NCBI RefSeq assembly: GCF_009914755.1
Contig: NC_060926.1
Direction: 5' to 3' (one strand)
DNA: 64,000 nucleotides
Source: the human T2T-CHM13v2.0 reference genome, Homo sapiens
Every line of letters begins with the position of its first letter. Within the stretch, counting starts at the first letter, position 1. Shown here one piece after another: positions 14,526-29,920 of this stretch. Position numbers and translations under genes: made by a program. The notes beneath the pieces were generated by a model that searched no databases, had not been told where the DNA came from, and was given only the letters and a program-made list of their open reading frames with translations.

Positions 14526-14819
14526 GCTGGGCACAGTGGTTCATGCCTGTAATCCCAGCACTTTGGAAGGCCGAGGTGGGTGGATCACAAGGTCAGGAGT
14601 TCAAGACCAACCTGGCCAAGATGGTGAAACCCCGTTTCTACTAAAAATAGAAAAATTAGCCGGGCATGGTGGCAGGCGCCTGTAATCCCAGCTACTAGAG
14701 AGGCTGAGGCAGAGAATTGCTTGAACCTGGGAGGCAGAGGTTGCAGTGAGCCGAGATCGCGTCACAGCACTCCAGCCTGGGTGATAGAGCGAGACTTGGT
14801 CTAAAAAAAAAAAAAAAAA
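14526..14819 (+). mobile_element. AluS element
   Basis: Full sense Alu with poly-A tail. Confidence 0.9.
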
Positions 14820-15407
14820 GACCTGGGTTTTTTTTCCCACAAGCATAGGGTGCTGTCTTTGTGAACAGAGGGCACCTCATTAAGAATTCCTTGTTTCAAT
14901 GTGTTATTTACTAACATGAAGCTTCAAGTTTAAAGATTAAAAGGGAGAGTTAACCCATTTTTAATTAAGCTACTTAATGAAAAAGGCTATTTTATATTAT
15001 GTCCAAGGGCTAATATTAGTGTTGGACTCTGCATAAGCATAGCATTTAGCAATGGCAAAAATCGATTTATAAACTTAAAAACTCAAGGCTAATTTTCTTA
15101 GTTTTATTCCATCATATCACTGTGATGTACCAGAGACATTTATATAACTGATTACTTAAATGCTCTGTGTTAAAGAACTCTGAAAAGAGTCTAAGAATTG
15201 TTATACGATAACAAATGCCAGTCAGCAATAGAATTTTAATCATTGTAAAATAATTTGTAATGCTTTTCCACAAAGAAGATACTACATTTTAGCTAGTTTA
15301 TTGTTGACATATTATATTGTATGTTTACATTAAATGTAGTGTCTGTGTTTAAAGCATTAAACAGAATTATGACCTAAGAAAATATTTTTTCACTGTCTAA
15401 CATATAG

Positions 15408-15556
15408 GAAGGAAGTCCCTTCTAAGAATATTGCAAATAAAGTCTCTTTACAGACTACTGAAAATAGAGTATCTTCAAGGAGTATCGAAAGTAAAGATAT
15501 CTTAACAAATCTACAGTCTGACCTATTGTCATCTTCCTGCTTAAAAGAAAGCACAG
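15408..15556 (+). CDS. ERICH2: ERICH2 long isoform exon KKEVPSKNIANK...SSCLKEST
   Basis: catatag| acceptor and CAG|gtaata donor; 149 nt, stop-free, phase-1 end matches exon 17813. Confidence 0.75.
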
Positions 15557-15963
15557 GTAATAACATTTGTTTCATTGAATTAACTAACTATGGCTTCTAA
15601 TTGAACCCTCCTTTTCTGCGACCTTTGGGAACTGACAACTCTGTAGATCTGGGGCGGGTCATGAGAATCAGTAGTTCTCCAAAGTCATGTTGTAGGTGAT
15701 TCTTATATTCAGCCAGGTATGAGATCCATGGATATGCATTACATAAGATGGTAATTACAGAGTCTTAAGTCCTGGAATGAATTAAAATACCTATGAAAGC
15801 ATTAACACGTTCCATTCATTTAATAACCAGAGTGAAAGCCAGAGTGCCAGGCACTGGTTTAGAGGCTATGGATACAAAAGTTGGCAAAATAGGGAAAGCC
15901 CTTGTCCTTATAAAGTTTACATTCTAGTAGAAGTCAGACAGCTGACTATTAAAAATAAAAAAC

Positions 15964-16330
15964 AGGCCAGCTATAGTGGCTCATGCCTGTAACTCTCAGC
16001 ACTTTGGGAGACCAAGGCAAGAGGATCAGCCCAGGTCGAGCCCTAGAGTTTGAGACCAGACTGGGCAATATAGCAAGACCCCATCTTTGAAAAAAATTAA
16101 AATTAAAAAAGAAAAATTGCCAAGCACGCTAGTATATACTTGTAGTCCTAGCTACTAGGAAGGCTGAAGCAGGAGGATTGCTTGAACCCAGGAGTTAAAG
16201 GCCACAGTGAACTATGATCATGTCCCTGCACTGGGTGGGTGACAGAGCAAGACCCTGTCTCAAAAAGAAGTTTAAAAAATTTTGAAAATTAAAAATAAAA
16301 ATAAATAAAAATAAAATAAAAAATAAAAAA
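15964..16330 (+). mobile_element. AluJ element with long A-rich tail
   Basis: Sense Alu consensus, diverged. Confidence 0.82.
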
Positions 16331-16333
16331 ATA

Positions 16334-16435
16334 GGCTGATGCAAAGATAGTTATCCAAGTTGATTGTTCATAGCTACAGAATTAACTCCTGGTTTTACTC
16401 TTTCTACCCTTCTCACTACTGCACTTGACTAGTCT
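16334..16435 (+). pseudogene. Y1 RNA (RNY1) retropseudogene
   Basis: GGCTGATGC...TTGATTGTTCA...CCCTTCTCACTACTGCACTTGACTAGTCT plus A-tail matches hY1 as I recall it, with substitutions and small deletions. Confidence 0.85.
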
Positions 16436-16483
16436 AAAAGAAAAAACAATTAAAAACACAAACACTGTAAACTTAGCACTTTT

Positions 16484-16745
16484 AGGTGGGTGGATCACTT
16501 GAGGCCAGGAGTTCAAGACCAGCCTAGCCAACATGGTGAAACCCCATCTCTACTAAAAATATAAAAATTAGCTGGGTGTGGTGGCGTGCGCCTGTAGTCC
16601 AGCTACTCAGGAGGCTAAGGCACAAGACTCGCTTGAACCTGGGGAGCAGAGGATGCAGTGAGCCGAGATCACATCACTGAACTCCAGCCTGGGCGACAGA
16701 GTGAGACCCTGTCTCCAAAAAAATAAATAAATAAAAATAAAAACA
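16484..16745 (+). mobile_element. 5'-truncated AluS
   Basis: Begins at GGTGGGTGGATCACTTGAGG; (AAAT)n tail. Confidence 0.85.
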
Positions 16746-17005
16746 CAAACACATAAGTAAGGTAATTGCAGTTTGTGGTAGGTGCTATAATGTAAATAAA
16801 CAGCTCCTGGAGAGAGGACTGCTTTAGATCTAGGGATCAGGAAACTTCTCTCATGCTGCTAACTGTTTGTGAAGTAAATGAGACAGTTCCTGTGACATCA
16901 CAAAATGTCCCTAATTCCTCATTATGACCTCCCTTGGTGACATCAGTGCATTGAGTCAGTCTACAGGCTAGGTGCACACTGGACAGTCAGGGTGGTTGTG
17001 AGCTG

Positions 17006-17033
17006 ATGGAGACTGTAAATGAACCAGAAACAG
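17006..17033 (+). CDS. ERICH2: ERICH2 short (156-aa) isoform, coding part of its first exon: METVNEPET
   Basis: ATG GAG ACT GTA AAT GAA CCA GAA ACA G|gtagac; joins 17813 in frame; matches the ERICH2 N-terminus as I recall it. Confidence 0.8.
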
Positions 17034-17499
17034 GTAGACAGATGGCCTGAATAACACAACCGTCATACTCTTGGAAGAACTTGATATTCCTTTTCAGGGT
17101 AGCATTTTGGGTTTAGAGTCAGGAGTTTGTTTTAGAGTCATTAGTTTTACCTTTTTTTGTTGTTGTTGTTCTGTGTTTTCTTAACATTGTCTTCTATGAA
17201 GCTCTCCTAGATTTCCTCATTTTCTTCTTTCTAACACAATGTATATACACTATTTAGAGTAGCTCATGGCTACCTTCCCATCAAAGAAGGCATCTCAGAG
17301 ACTTCCCAGGCACTCAAAATCATACAAGAAGGGGTGGATGTAACACAAGTTCAATTTCAAACTGTGAAAGACTTCCACAAAGCTGAAGGAGCCAGCAGGC
17401 TCACTCAGTAGTATTTCCCCAGGAGATGATTTAAACTTACTTTAATAGAAGTATATTTATTTTATTGTGTATTAGTAAAAATAGTACAAGATATAGTTA

Positions 17500-17680
17500 A
17501 GAATATGGACTCTAGGGCCAGACCGACTCACAGATCTACCACTTAATTAGCTGTGTGAAGTTGGCCAGTATATTTAACCTCTGTGTCCCTCAGTTTCCCC
17601 ACCTATAAATGGGAATAAAAATAGTACATACCGCCTTGATGTTGAGAGATTTAAATGAGTTAAAATATGTAGTGTTTTGA
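17500..17680. mobile_element. MIR fragment
   Basis: MIR core: AGCTGTGTGAAGTTGGCCAGTATATTTAACCTCTGTGTCCCTCAGTTTCCC...AATGGGAATAAAAATAGTAC. Confidence 0.7.
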
Positions 17681-17812
17681 ATATAAGTTTGTTATGATAA
17701 TTATGTTACTTTTATTAATATATCAGTTTAATGAATAGTAATAGGATCTGGCAAAATTTAATTTGCGAACTTTTCGATCTCTTTTGATTAAATTAGGTAT
17801 ATTCTCTTTTAG

Positions 17813-18000
17813 GTGAAGTGAGCAAAGATGCAGTCATTGTAAAGCAGGAGAAAAATAATGAATATTGCCTTCAGGATATTGATGATAAATTGTCAGAATC
17901 AGCAGAGGATGATGGTGAAGATGATACCAATGATGAAGATGATGATGAAGATAGTAACCCTAAAAAGAATACTCAGGCCCCACTAGAGTTAATGGCAGAA
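17813..18000 (+). CDS. ERICH2: ERICH2 common exon (acidic): GEVSKDAVIVKQEK...EDDGEDDTNDEDDDEDS...LELMAE
   Basis: tctcttttag| acceptor and GAA|gtaagt donor; 188 nt; Asp/Glu-rich ORF. Confidence 0.93.
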
Positions 18001-18084
18001 GTAAGTTTTACTTGTGCATATAATTGAAGAAACTTTAAAATATTGAAATAACTAAAGACTGAAGATTTAAAATCACTACTGTGA

Positions 18085-18440
18085 GAACTAAAAAAGTAGA
18101 TCTCATGGAGGCAGAACATAGAATGGTGGTTACCAGAAGCTGGACGGGAAGAAGGGAGATAAAGAGAAGTCCATTAAGGGGCACAAAAATACAGTTAGAT
18201 GGAAGGAATAAATTCTAGTATTCAGTAGTACAGTAGGGAAGTTATAGTTAACAGTAGTTTATTGTATACTTTAGCCAGAAGAGAAAAATTGTAATATTCC
18301 CAGCACAAAGAAAAGATAAGTGTTTAAGATGATGGATAATCCAATTGCCTTGATTTGATCATTACACATTGTATACAAGTATCAAACATGTACCCCCAAA
18401 ATGTATACAATATTATATATCAATAAAAAATAAACATTTT
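18085..18440 (+). mobile_element. L1MA 3' end
   Basis: AGAATGGTGGTTACCAGAAGCTGG...GATTTGATCATTACACATTGTATAC...CAATAAAAAA. Confidence 0.75.
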
Positions 18441-19059
18441 TAAAAATTAATAAAAAGATCCTTGTCCACACACAGATGCTTACCTGGCTACTCATCTCTC
18501 TTACTACTTTCACCAGGTTAGAGGTGAAAGAAGATTCTGGAAGGGACATGCAGTATTTTGGTAAAGCTGAGGCAGGAGTAAGAGAAGTTTTGGTATAAAA
18601 CTCTTCAAGGACTGCTTTAAGGAAAGCTTTCTATACACTGGGCACCATGCTAGTTGCTGGGGATATAGAAATAAATAAGAGAGACATGTCTCTGCCCTTG
18701 ATAACATGCATATATATAAATAATTACAATAAGATGAAATGTATGCTAGTAACAAAAGTTATTTATTAAGTTTTCTGGGAACAGGGAGGATTAAGGGACT
18801 AACTGAAAAAAGAAGCAGGAGGATCAAAGAATAAGAGGAGGATTTTTAGAGGAAGAGACACAAATAGAATCTTGGAAACCTGAAGGAAGAGGCAAGTATA
18901 GAATTCATCTGTTAAAACAAGAGAAGGCATTACTGGCATCAGAAAAGGCATATATGAAGGCATTGAAGCCTGAAACAACACACTCAAAAATTATACATAA
19001 GCATTTACTGATGATTCTATGGAGAACAAAACAATTTTACCTCGCTTGTTGTGATATCA

Positions 19060-21150
19060 CAGTCTGCCTTTAATTATTATTATACAACCTCATGTATGTT
19101 GTATAATAGGACACTCATTTCCCTTTCCCATCCTTTGTATTATTTCCCATACATTTTACTTCTATCCATGCATATGTTGTAAGCCCTTCAATACATTATT
19201 TTTTTTAATGGTTAATTCTCTTTTCAAGAGATTTTAAAATCTCTTTTCAAATGTCCTTTATATTTACCCACATATGTGCAATTTCTGGATCATAGCTTTC
19301 TGTAGATCCCAATTTCTACCTGATATCACTTTTCCTTTACCCAAAAAACTTCCTTTAGTATTTCTTATAATGCAGTTCTACTGGCAATAAATTCTCTCAG
19401 CCTTGTTTTGTCTTAAAAGGTCTTAATTTCATTTTCATTTAAAACAAATTTTTAGCTAGAGAATTCTAGATTGCCAAGATTTTTTTTTTAGGGCTTTGAA
19501 CGGTTGCTTCATTGTCTCATAGCTTGCATAGTTTCAGAAGAGATATCCGTTGTTCTTATCTTTATTCATCTGTATATAATATGTCTTATAAAAATTTTTT
19601 CTTCCATATTATTTTATTTCACAATTTAATTATGATGTGCCTAGGTGTGGTTTTCCTCATATTTCTTCTGCTCCTTAAGATTCTTGGATCTGTGAGTTTA
19701 TAGTCTTCATCAAGTTTGGGAAATGTTCAGTTATTCTTCAAATATTTTTTCTGACCTCTGCTCTTCCTCTTTTCATCTAAGGTGCAATTGCTAAAACGCT
19801 GAACCACTCAGTATTGTCCCAGAGGTCACTGATGTACCACTTAAATTTTTTTCAGTTTTTTTCATATTTTTTTAGATAATATCTATTGCTATCTCTTCAG
19901 GTTTATAATCTTTTCTTTGCAGTTATAATCTGCTGTTAATCCCATCCTGCATTATATTTTTTTGCATTTCAGATACTATAGTTATCATCTCTAGAAGTTC
20001 CATTAAGATTTTTTATACCTATTATTTCTGTCATCATCATGTTCATATTTACCTCTGTTTTTGAGCATATGGCATATAATAGCTGTTTTAACATGCCTGC
20101 CTGCTATTCTATCGTCTTTGTTAATTCTACGTCAGTTTCTACTGATTGTTTTCTCCTGCTTATGGGTCTTATTTTCCTCCTCCTTTGCATGCCTATATTT
20201 TGTTTGTTTGTTTGTTTGTTTGTTTGTTTTAACAGATGGGGTCTTGCTTTGCCAGGCTGGAGTGCAGTGACTACTCACAGGCATGATCATGTTACACTAC
20301 ACCCTTAAACTCCTGGGCTCAAGCAATCCTGCCTCAGCCTCCTGAATAGCTGGGGACTACAGGTGCACACCACCACACCTGGTACCTGGCAATTATTTAC
20401 TGAATCCCAAACATTGTAAATCTTATGTTTTGGGGTACAAACTTTTTTTGTTTTTCTGTAAATATTGTTGGACTTCGGTAAATATTTGTTCTGGTGCACA
20501 GCTAAGGTCTTGGAAGCAGGTATCTCTTTGACCCTTGCTTTTAAGCTTTGTTAGGGAGCATCCGGGGCAGCCTTTATGTAGCATAAGGACAGTACTAAGG
20601 CAGTGCCCTTATGGGGATTCTCCCCAGTGTGCTGCATGTTAGGAGGACCTTCCACTCTGGCTGGTAAGAACATGAGCTGCTCTCAACCCTGTCTGATAGC
20701 CAGTGGTTATTCCACCTGCTCATTCTAGTGATTCTTTCTCCAGATTCAGATAGTTTCTTCACACTCACATGCAGATCATTACCAGCCAAAGACTCAAAGA
20801 AACACCTCTGCAGATTGCTGGAGCCCTCTGTCTTTGTGAAACTCCCTCCTCTTTTGAAAATTATAGCCACCTTGGCTATAATCTCTGCAGTCCAAACTAT
20901 GTTATTTCAACCCAGAGAAATCACTGGTTTCTGTTTAGATTTTTCTTCCTCATGCTGGCCCCTGGAAACAGCCTACAAGTGGTAAGCTAAGGCAATCATA
21001 GGACCCACTTTGTTTCCCTACTCTAAGAAATATCACTGTCCTGTGGTATCTGTTGTCCAGTGTCTGAAAACTGTTGTTTCATATATTTATGTCTAATTTT
21101 ATGGTTGTTTAAGGAAGGACAGTAAGTCTGCTCTCTATTACTCCATCAGG
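19060..21150 (-). mobile_element. Old L1M fragments with embedded Alu monomer (~20200-20385)
   Basis: T-rich degenerate L1 antisense motifs (AAATTCTCTCAGCCTTG, TTATGATGTGCCTAGGTGTGG, TCATCAAGTTTGGGAAATGTTCAG). Confidence 0.6.
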
Positions 21151-21631
21151 GCCGAAAGCCTCAATTAGATTTTTAGCACAAAATAAAAAATGCTTATGTA
21201 CTTCTCTTCTTAGATAATTTAATTGCTAGCCATGGAATAATATAAAGAAATCAGTCATATTATATTTACTATATTTCCTTCCTAGAATAAAGCATATATA
21301 GGAAATTTTGAAACCTCCTTAATATTATAAGGTGCTTTTAAGAAAGAAGAAAAATTAATGCCAAATATTAGAAAGACTTCACTTAGTCTTCTTTTGACTA
21401 GACACCTAAATCATTCATGAATTGTAGAGCATTCAATGACCCTATCTACCATAACTAGACTCTCTGGAGTTGTTTTGTTTTTTTCTTTTTCAACATTTAA
21501 TTATAAAAGTTATCCATTAATTCATTTTCATGTAAAAATTCAGATAATATGAGATTGCTTACTTTCATATCTTGTTTTGTACTGTGCATAAGATTTTTTG
21601 TTTTCACAATGCGTCCCTTTTTAGTTGTCCC

Positions 21632-21946
<315 letters not shown>

Positions 21947-22107
21947 CAATTTTGTAAATTTTAAAACCTATAGAAAAATGGAAAGAGTAGAACAATGAAC
22001 ACCTGAATACTCTTTACCTAGATTCACTACTCATTAACATTGTGCCTCATTTGCTTTATCTTTCTCTTTTGATAGGAGAGGCATAGATATAGCCTAGCCA
22101 TATACTT

Positions 22108-22534
<427 letters not shown>

Positions 22535-23380
22535 TAACACTATATCCTTATCACAACTAAGAAAATTAGTAATAATTCTGTAATATATAATATTCCACCA
22601 AATTTAGATTTCTGAATTTGTCTTTAAAATGGCTTTTGTAGCTTCTAGCTGGATTTTTTTCCAGTCAGATATCATCAGTGTTTATGCTTTTTGTTTAGTT
22701 GTTAAGCATCTCTTTATTTCGAATATCACAAATAATTTTTTAAACCTGTCTTCAGCTTAATTTTGGAGTGTTAGATAATTCTCATCAAGGGCTTCTGCAA
22801 AACATCCATTGCAAGAATTTCTTAATTTTACTGCCTTTTGAACTATTAAAGGAAATATATTTTATGCTAACAAAAACAACACATAGGTCAATACAAGGGA
22901 AATTGATTCCATACTTCTTTTCTTTTTCTGAGGCTAGTATTAATATAATGCTTCATTAAATAGACTACATATTAGATAATATTAAGAAATTCCTAAATGT
23001 TTAGGTATGATAGTAATATTTTGATTGGGTTTTATAGTAATGTAAAATGAGATGATATCTGTAAAGTGCTTTAAAATAATCCAGACAGAGGTGGGGAAAG
23101 AGTGTGTGGTGATACTGGTGGAACCCAAATTTTGAAGCTGAGAATTGGGAAATTGGATTTCTTTTACTATTCTCTCTACTTTTGTGTATATTTAAATTTT
23201 TCACAATAGATTTTAAAAATATAAAAATAGCTGTATATTTTACTGATCACATTCCCTGTCCATGCTCAATTAAACTAGGCATTAACAACAAAAATAACAA
23301 TAACAAATTAAAACCACTTAAAACTAAAAAATATTTTTCTAAATGGCATGAATGTAAAAGAAAAATAAAAAATAAACTTC

Positions 23381-24050
<670 letters not shown>

Positions 24051-24308
24051 TTAAAATTTCAAAGCTTTGATGATAATGATGATGATTCAAGAAAGAATGA
24101 CAATAAATGAACTAAATATTAATGCCAGAAACTAGAAAAATAAAATAAACATAAAACAAGAAAAATAATTAAACTTTAATTCAAACTAAAAACCAAATTA
24201 ATGTATCAAGAGTTGGATATTTGAAAAAAGGATGACATAGATATAAACCACTAAATATCATAATTAAAATGGAAGAAAACCACAAATAGGAAAGAAAATG
24301 AAAATGTC

Positions 24309-24460
24309 TTAACCTAGACAAGAATAGATTTTAAAAATATAAGAATTCTATTGCATGAGTTGAACATACCATGTTTAAGACCATACCATGTTTAACCTAG
24401 ACAAGAATAGATTTTGAAAATATAAGAATTCTATTGCATGAGTTGAACCTACCATGTTTA
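24309..24460 (+). repeat. Two-copy tandem duplication (~69-bp core, period 83)
   Basis: TTAACCTAGACAAGAATAGATTTT...GCATGAGTTGAAC.TACCATGTTTA at 24309-24377 and 24392-24460. Confidence 0.9.
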
Positions 24461-24495
24461 GGTTTAACATACCATGGGCAGGGGGTTAAGATAAT

Positions 24496-24602
24496 GTCAA
24501 AATTTTACCCTCATGATGATGGGTTAGTAACTTTATACCTTTAATTTCAGAGAAGTGTCAGGTAGTACAGCAGTCAAACCTTAACTGAGCATGCATTTAT
24601 CC
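24496..24602 (+). repeat. ~105-bp dispersed direct repeat, copy 1 (copy 2 at 26325-26432)
   Basis: AATTTTACCCTCATGATGATGGGTTAGTAAC...GAGCATGCATTTATCC recurs 1830 bp downstream with 5 substitutions over 102 bp. Confidence 0.92.
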
Positions 24603-24620
24603 ATATTAATTAGTATGTGA

Positions 24621-24933
<313 letters not shown>

Positions 24934-26027
24934 TTAATGACTTATAGAAAAATCTCCGGAAGAGTTATATTTACATTAGAAATAAAATTTTTTTTAACCC
25001 ATGGGAGAAATTGAGAAAACTGGTAGAGAACTACTTCTGAAAACAGTGTCTGGGTATTTATCAAATATCTGGAAGTATATGAGAAGGGTCTCTTTCATAT
25101 TACTATATGCCTCTGTCTCTTACAGAATAAAACTCATATACCTGCATGTGGTTCAGAATGTGTCACACACAAGCAAGAACAATCATCAAAGTATAGGGGA
25201 TTTTTTTGTGCATTTTTTTAATGGAAGCAGTCTAAATAGCTATAATAGAAGATTAGTTTAGTAAATTGTAGCCTAAGTAAGTAAAAAATACGTAAGAATA
25301 TTTCATGCCATGAGGAGAAAATGATCACAATCCATGGTTTATTTTTTTTAAGTTACTAAATAATCTTAAATGTTGTAAATGCATATGTGTTAATTTATGG
25401 AAAATAATACTTGAAAGAATATACATGAAGATGTTAAAAATAAATGTGTTTATTTTTCATAGATGGTAGAAATTAAGTGCTTCTTAATTGGGGACAGAAT
25501 GTGTGTATTTAGCTTTTAAATTTCCTACATAAAAAAAGATGTATTATTTTGTAACAAGAAAAGTATAATAAAAATAATAAAAACAAAACTGGATGATATA
25601 AGAGCAATGCTGGAAAATATCAAATGTACATTTTGTAAGTCTGCATTTTTTTCAACTGTCGTATAATTATGGACTAAGTTACAAATGAAACCTGTATCTG
25701 AACCAAAGGAATATTAAAATAAAGTGATTAATGTCTTCACTATCTGTGCCAGTTGAATCAACCTACATATTCTCAAATTGTTCAGTAGTACATACACAGT
25801 ATGGCTGCAGGAAAGCAGAGGTATCATCCTTACCCCATGTGGCTTTGCCATCAGAGGTACTTCAATTTCCTTGATTAATTGATTCACTATTCATTATAGA
25901 CTGACTCCTGGAAAAACATGTGGAAGTGTTAAAAGCAAAATAACTAATGATTAATGGAAGATTTTCTAGGGAGTTTAGAGTTGACAACATTTAAATTCAC
26001 TTATCTGAAGAATTTAATGTTTTCCAG

Positions 26028-26085
26028 TTTCTGAGAGCAGAAATGGCCCGAGAGTATCAGCTGGCAAAAAAATTATGTCAGATGA
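26028..26085 (+). CDS. ERICH2: ERICH2 common exon: FLRAEMAREYQLAKKLCQM
   Basis: tttccag| acceptor and A|gtaagt donor; 58 nt, in frame. Confidence 0.92.
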
Positions 26086-26434
26086 GTAAGTACAAAATAC
26101 TTTCATATTTTCTAATCTTCTCTTTGTTTTCAAAAATGAATTCCGTAATATATAAAATGGCTTGATTATCATAGGTCTAGTGAATTCCCTGATAGTGTCT
26201 CAGTGATTCCTTGATAATAAATTAGGTTGATTGGTATAAGTACTAATTTAGATCTCTAGAGTACATTTTAGTGGAATAAATTAATGTAAACTAGCATCAG
26301 CTAATTACCATCACTGGAAAATAAGTCAAAAATTTTACCCTCATGATGATGGGTTAGTAACTTTATACCTTTAGTTTCAAAGAAGTGTCAGGTGACACAG
26401 CAGTCAAACCTTAACTGAGCATGCATTTATCCCA

Positions 26435-26935
26435 CAAACATTGAGTGCCTACACATGCCAGCCACTGTTCCAGGCACTGGAAATACAATAGTCAGTCAGA
26501 CAGATGACAATCCCACATTTGTGTCTAGTGTTAGAAAGACAATAAACAGATAGTGTGTCATGAATGATAGGTGCCATGGTGAGAAATAAAGTAGGGAAGA
26601 AGGAATAGAAGGTACTGGAGGAAGGCAAAGCAGTTTTAAATAGGATGGCCCAGGAAGGCCTCACTGAAAGACTTGAGGAATAGCCACATGAATATCTGGA
26701 GGCAGAGTGTGCCAGGGAGGATGAATGGCAAATGTGCTATGACAGGAGTGTGCCTGAAAGGAATAGTGAGGAGGACAGTGTAACTGGAGCAGAATGAGCA
26801 TGGAGAAGTGTGATAGGAAATGAAGTCAGAGGCGTCATAGGCAAGGGGTTGTCAGATTGCATAGGCTCTGTTCTTTCCCTGAGGTGGGAAAACCACTGGA
26901 GGCTTTTGAGTAGAGCAATGATATGATCTACCTTA
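26435..26935. mobile_element. L2 fragment
   Basis: ACATTGAGTGCCTAC..TGCCAGCCACTGTTCCAGGCACTGG...GGAAGGCCTCACTGA...GGCTTTTGAGTAGAG, typical L2 motifs. Confidence 0.65.
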
Positions 26936-27214
26936 TTTTTCTTTTTATCTTTGGTTTTTAATGGTTTGACTTGATGTTCAAAATAGTTGTGGGTTTTTTG
27001 TTGCAGTTGTACTGTTCAGGGCATTTGCTGAGTTTCTTAACTCTGTGGGTTGATGTTTCTATCAGCTTTGAAAATTTTTTGGCCATTACCTTTTCAAATA
27101 CCACTTCTAGTCTATCCTCTCTCTTCTCTTCCTGGGTCTCCAATTACACACAAATTAGACTTTTTTTTCATGATGTCCCATGTGTATCTTATACTCAGCT
27201 CTAGTGTGTTTTGT

Positions 27215-27573
27215 TTTCCTTCCTTTCTTTCTTTCTTTCCTTCCTTCCTTCCTTCTCTTTCCTTTCTTTCTTTTTTTTTTTTTTTTTTTTTTTGACAGGT
27301 TCTTGCTCTGTCACCGAGGCTAGAGTACAGTGGTGCAATCTCCGCTCACTGCAACCTCTGCCTCCTGAGTTCAAGTGATTCTTATGCTTCAGCCTCATAA
27401 GCAGCTGGGATTACAGGCTTGTGCCACCATGCCTGGCTAATTTTTGTATTTTTAGTAGAGATGGGGGTTTTACCATGTTGGCCAGGCTGGTCTCGAACTC
27501 TTGGCCTCAAGTGATTCTCCTGCCTCAGCCTCCCAAAGTGCTGGGATTACAGGGTGAGCCATAGCACCTGGCT
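27215..27573 (-). mobile_element. AluS with (TTCC/TTTC)n tail
   Basis: Antisense Alu consensus. Confidence 0.87.
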
Positions 27574-28158
27574 CTCTTTCTTTTATTTCTATGTGTCAGT
27601 TTTAATATTTTCTATCTACCTGTTTTTGGTTTCTTTATTCTATCTTCTGCTGTATCCAATATGCTGTTAAAACTATTTAGTGAGTCCAAGGTTGTCTTTT
27701 CCAATTTTAGAATTTCCATTTAATGATCTGGAAAGATTCTGGTTCTTTGTTGAACTCTATCATCTTTTCAACTATTTTATGCATCTTTTTCTTCTAACAT
27801 ATTAGTGATAATACGTTAAAAAAGAGAAAATAGCAACTCTACAATTAAACTTGTTGACAACAAGACTCAAAATATTAAGCAGTGTTAAACTTAAATTCAT
27901 TCTTACAGTAAAGTCCTTAAGTGAAAATGTAGCACAAGGATTGAGTGACGGTCTGCCCTGGCTTGCCTCACAAGAGTCCCAACTGTGGATAGAGTACTTC
28001 TAGATCATTGGCTCATTTTACAAATTGGTTTCTTGAATACTTCAACACTTCCTATCTTGTATCTGAGGTAAATAATCCTTTCAAGCACTTTTGACCTTTA
28101 GAGCCATTGAATAAAATATTTTAGTCAAACTTATTTTTGGTGACCCACAAATATAGAA

Positions 28159-28813
28159 TTTTTTTTGAGACAGGGTCTTGCTTTGTCACCCAGGCTGGAG
28201 TGCAGTGGCACAATGTCAGCCACTGCAGTTTCAATCTCCCAGCTCAGGCAATCCTCCCACCTCAGCCTCCCTAGTAGCTGGGACTACAGGTGTGTACCAC
28301 CACACCCACTAATTTTTGTATTTTTTGTAGAGATGAGTTTTGCCATATTCTCCAGGCTGGTCTTGAACTGCTAGGCTCAAGTGATCTGTCTGCCATGGCC
28401 TCCCAAAGCAATGGGATTACAGATGAGAGTCACTGCATCCAGCCAGAATTTCAAATTAGAAGGAATCCTGATAGAATCATGTTCAATTCTCTATTTTTAT
28501 AAAAACACTGAAGTATTATTATTACTATTTTTGAGGTACGGTCTCACTCTGTCACCCAGGCTGGAGTGCAGTGGTGTGATCACAGCTCACTTCAGCCTTG
28601 AACTCCCATGCTCAAGGGATCCTACCACCTCGGCCTCTCAAGTAGCTGGGACTGTGGACACGTAAAACCATGCCCAGGTAATTTTTGTATTTTTTGTAGA
28701 GGCGGGGTTTCACCACATTGCCCAGGTTGGTCTCAAACTCCTGGGCTCAAGGATCCTTCCACCTCAGCCTCCCGAAGTGTTGGGATTACAGGCATCAGCC
28801 ACTGCACCTGTCC
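28159..28813 (-). mobile_element. Two tandem antisense AluJ elements (28159-28444; 28515-28813)
   Basis: Two diverged antisense Alu bodies. Confidence 0.82.
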
Positions 28814-29556
28814 AAAAGTGGTTTTTAAATGGAACTGAAAGTCAAGAGTCCAAAGTACTTTACGTTTCTCCATTCATCTCATGAGTGACTATGAGATTTG
28901 GTGCCAATCAATCTTCCTATTTTTTGGTCACTTCACCTGTAAGTCAAAAGCCTGCAGCTCAGTCTCTTTAGGGTACCACACTTCTGCTCCCAGGCAGCCT
29001 GAGATTCTCTACATAATACATAGAGGTCCGGAAGATTTATTTAATAAATCATCAGTTGTAAATGTTAAAGAATAATGGCTCAAAAACCAAAATACTTCAT
29101 GCCATTATATGTCTAATGCAAATACAGATATACTGTATCTTCCAAAAATATAGTTCCTACAAAATCTTCTATTTATTTTTGAATAAAATAACTCACTCTT
29201 TCCTATTAGCCTACAGTATACTTTTAAAGAAACTAGTATCTAAAGAAGCAAGCTGGAGAAACCCTCTTCTGGAAAGAAGCTTAGCCTCAGAGATTTAGAC
29301 TATTAATGATAAGCATATTTTAGTCCAAGGTAAAATGTGCAAAAAATTACTTTGCTCAGAAACCTTATGGGTATGTATAATGATACATAAAATACTTACA
29401 GGATCCTTAAAAGCAGCTTCTAAGCAGGCACGCAGTCATGCTAACCCAGATTGATGACAAATTGTTAGTTATGTTAGTAGATTAGGAAATAAAGTCCCTT
29501 TTTTGTGTATCAAGATGAAAGCCATGGGTGGGATCCTATGAGCCAATGGGGTCTAA

Positions 29557-29920
<364 letters not shown>

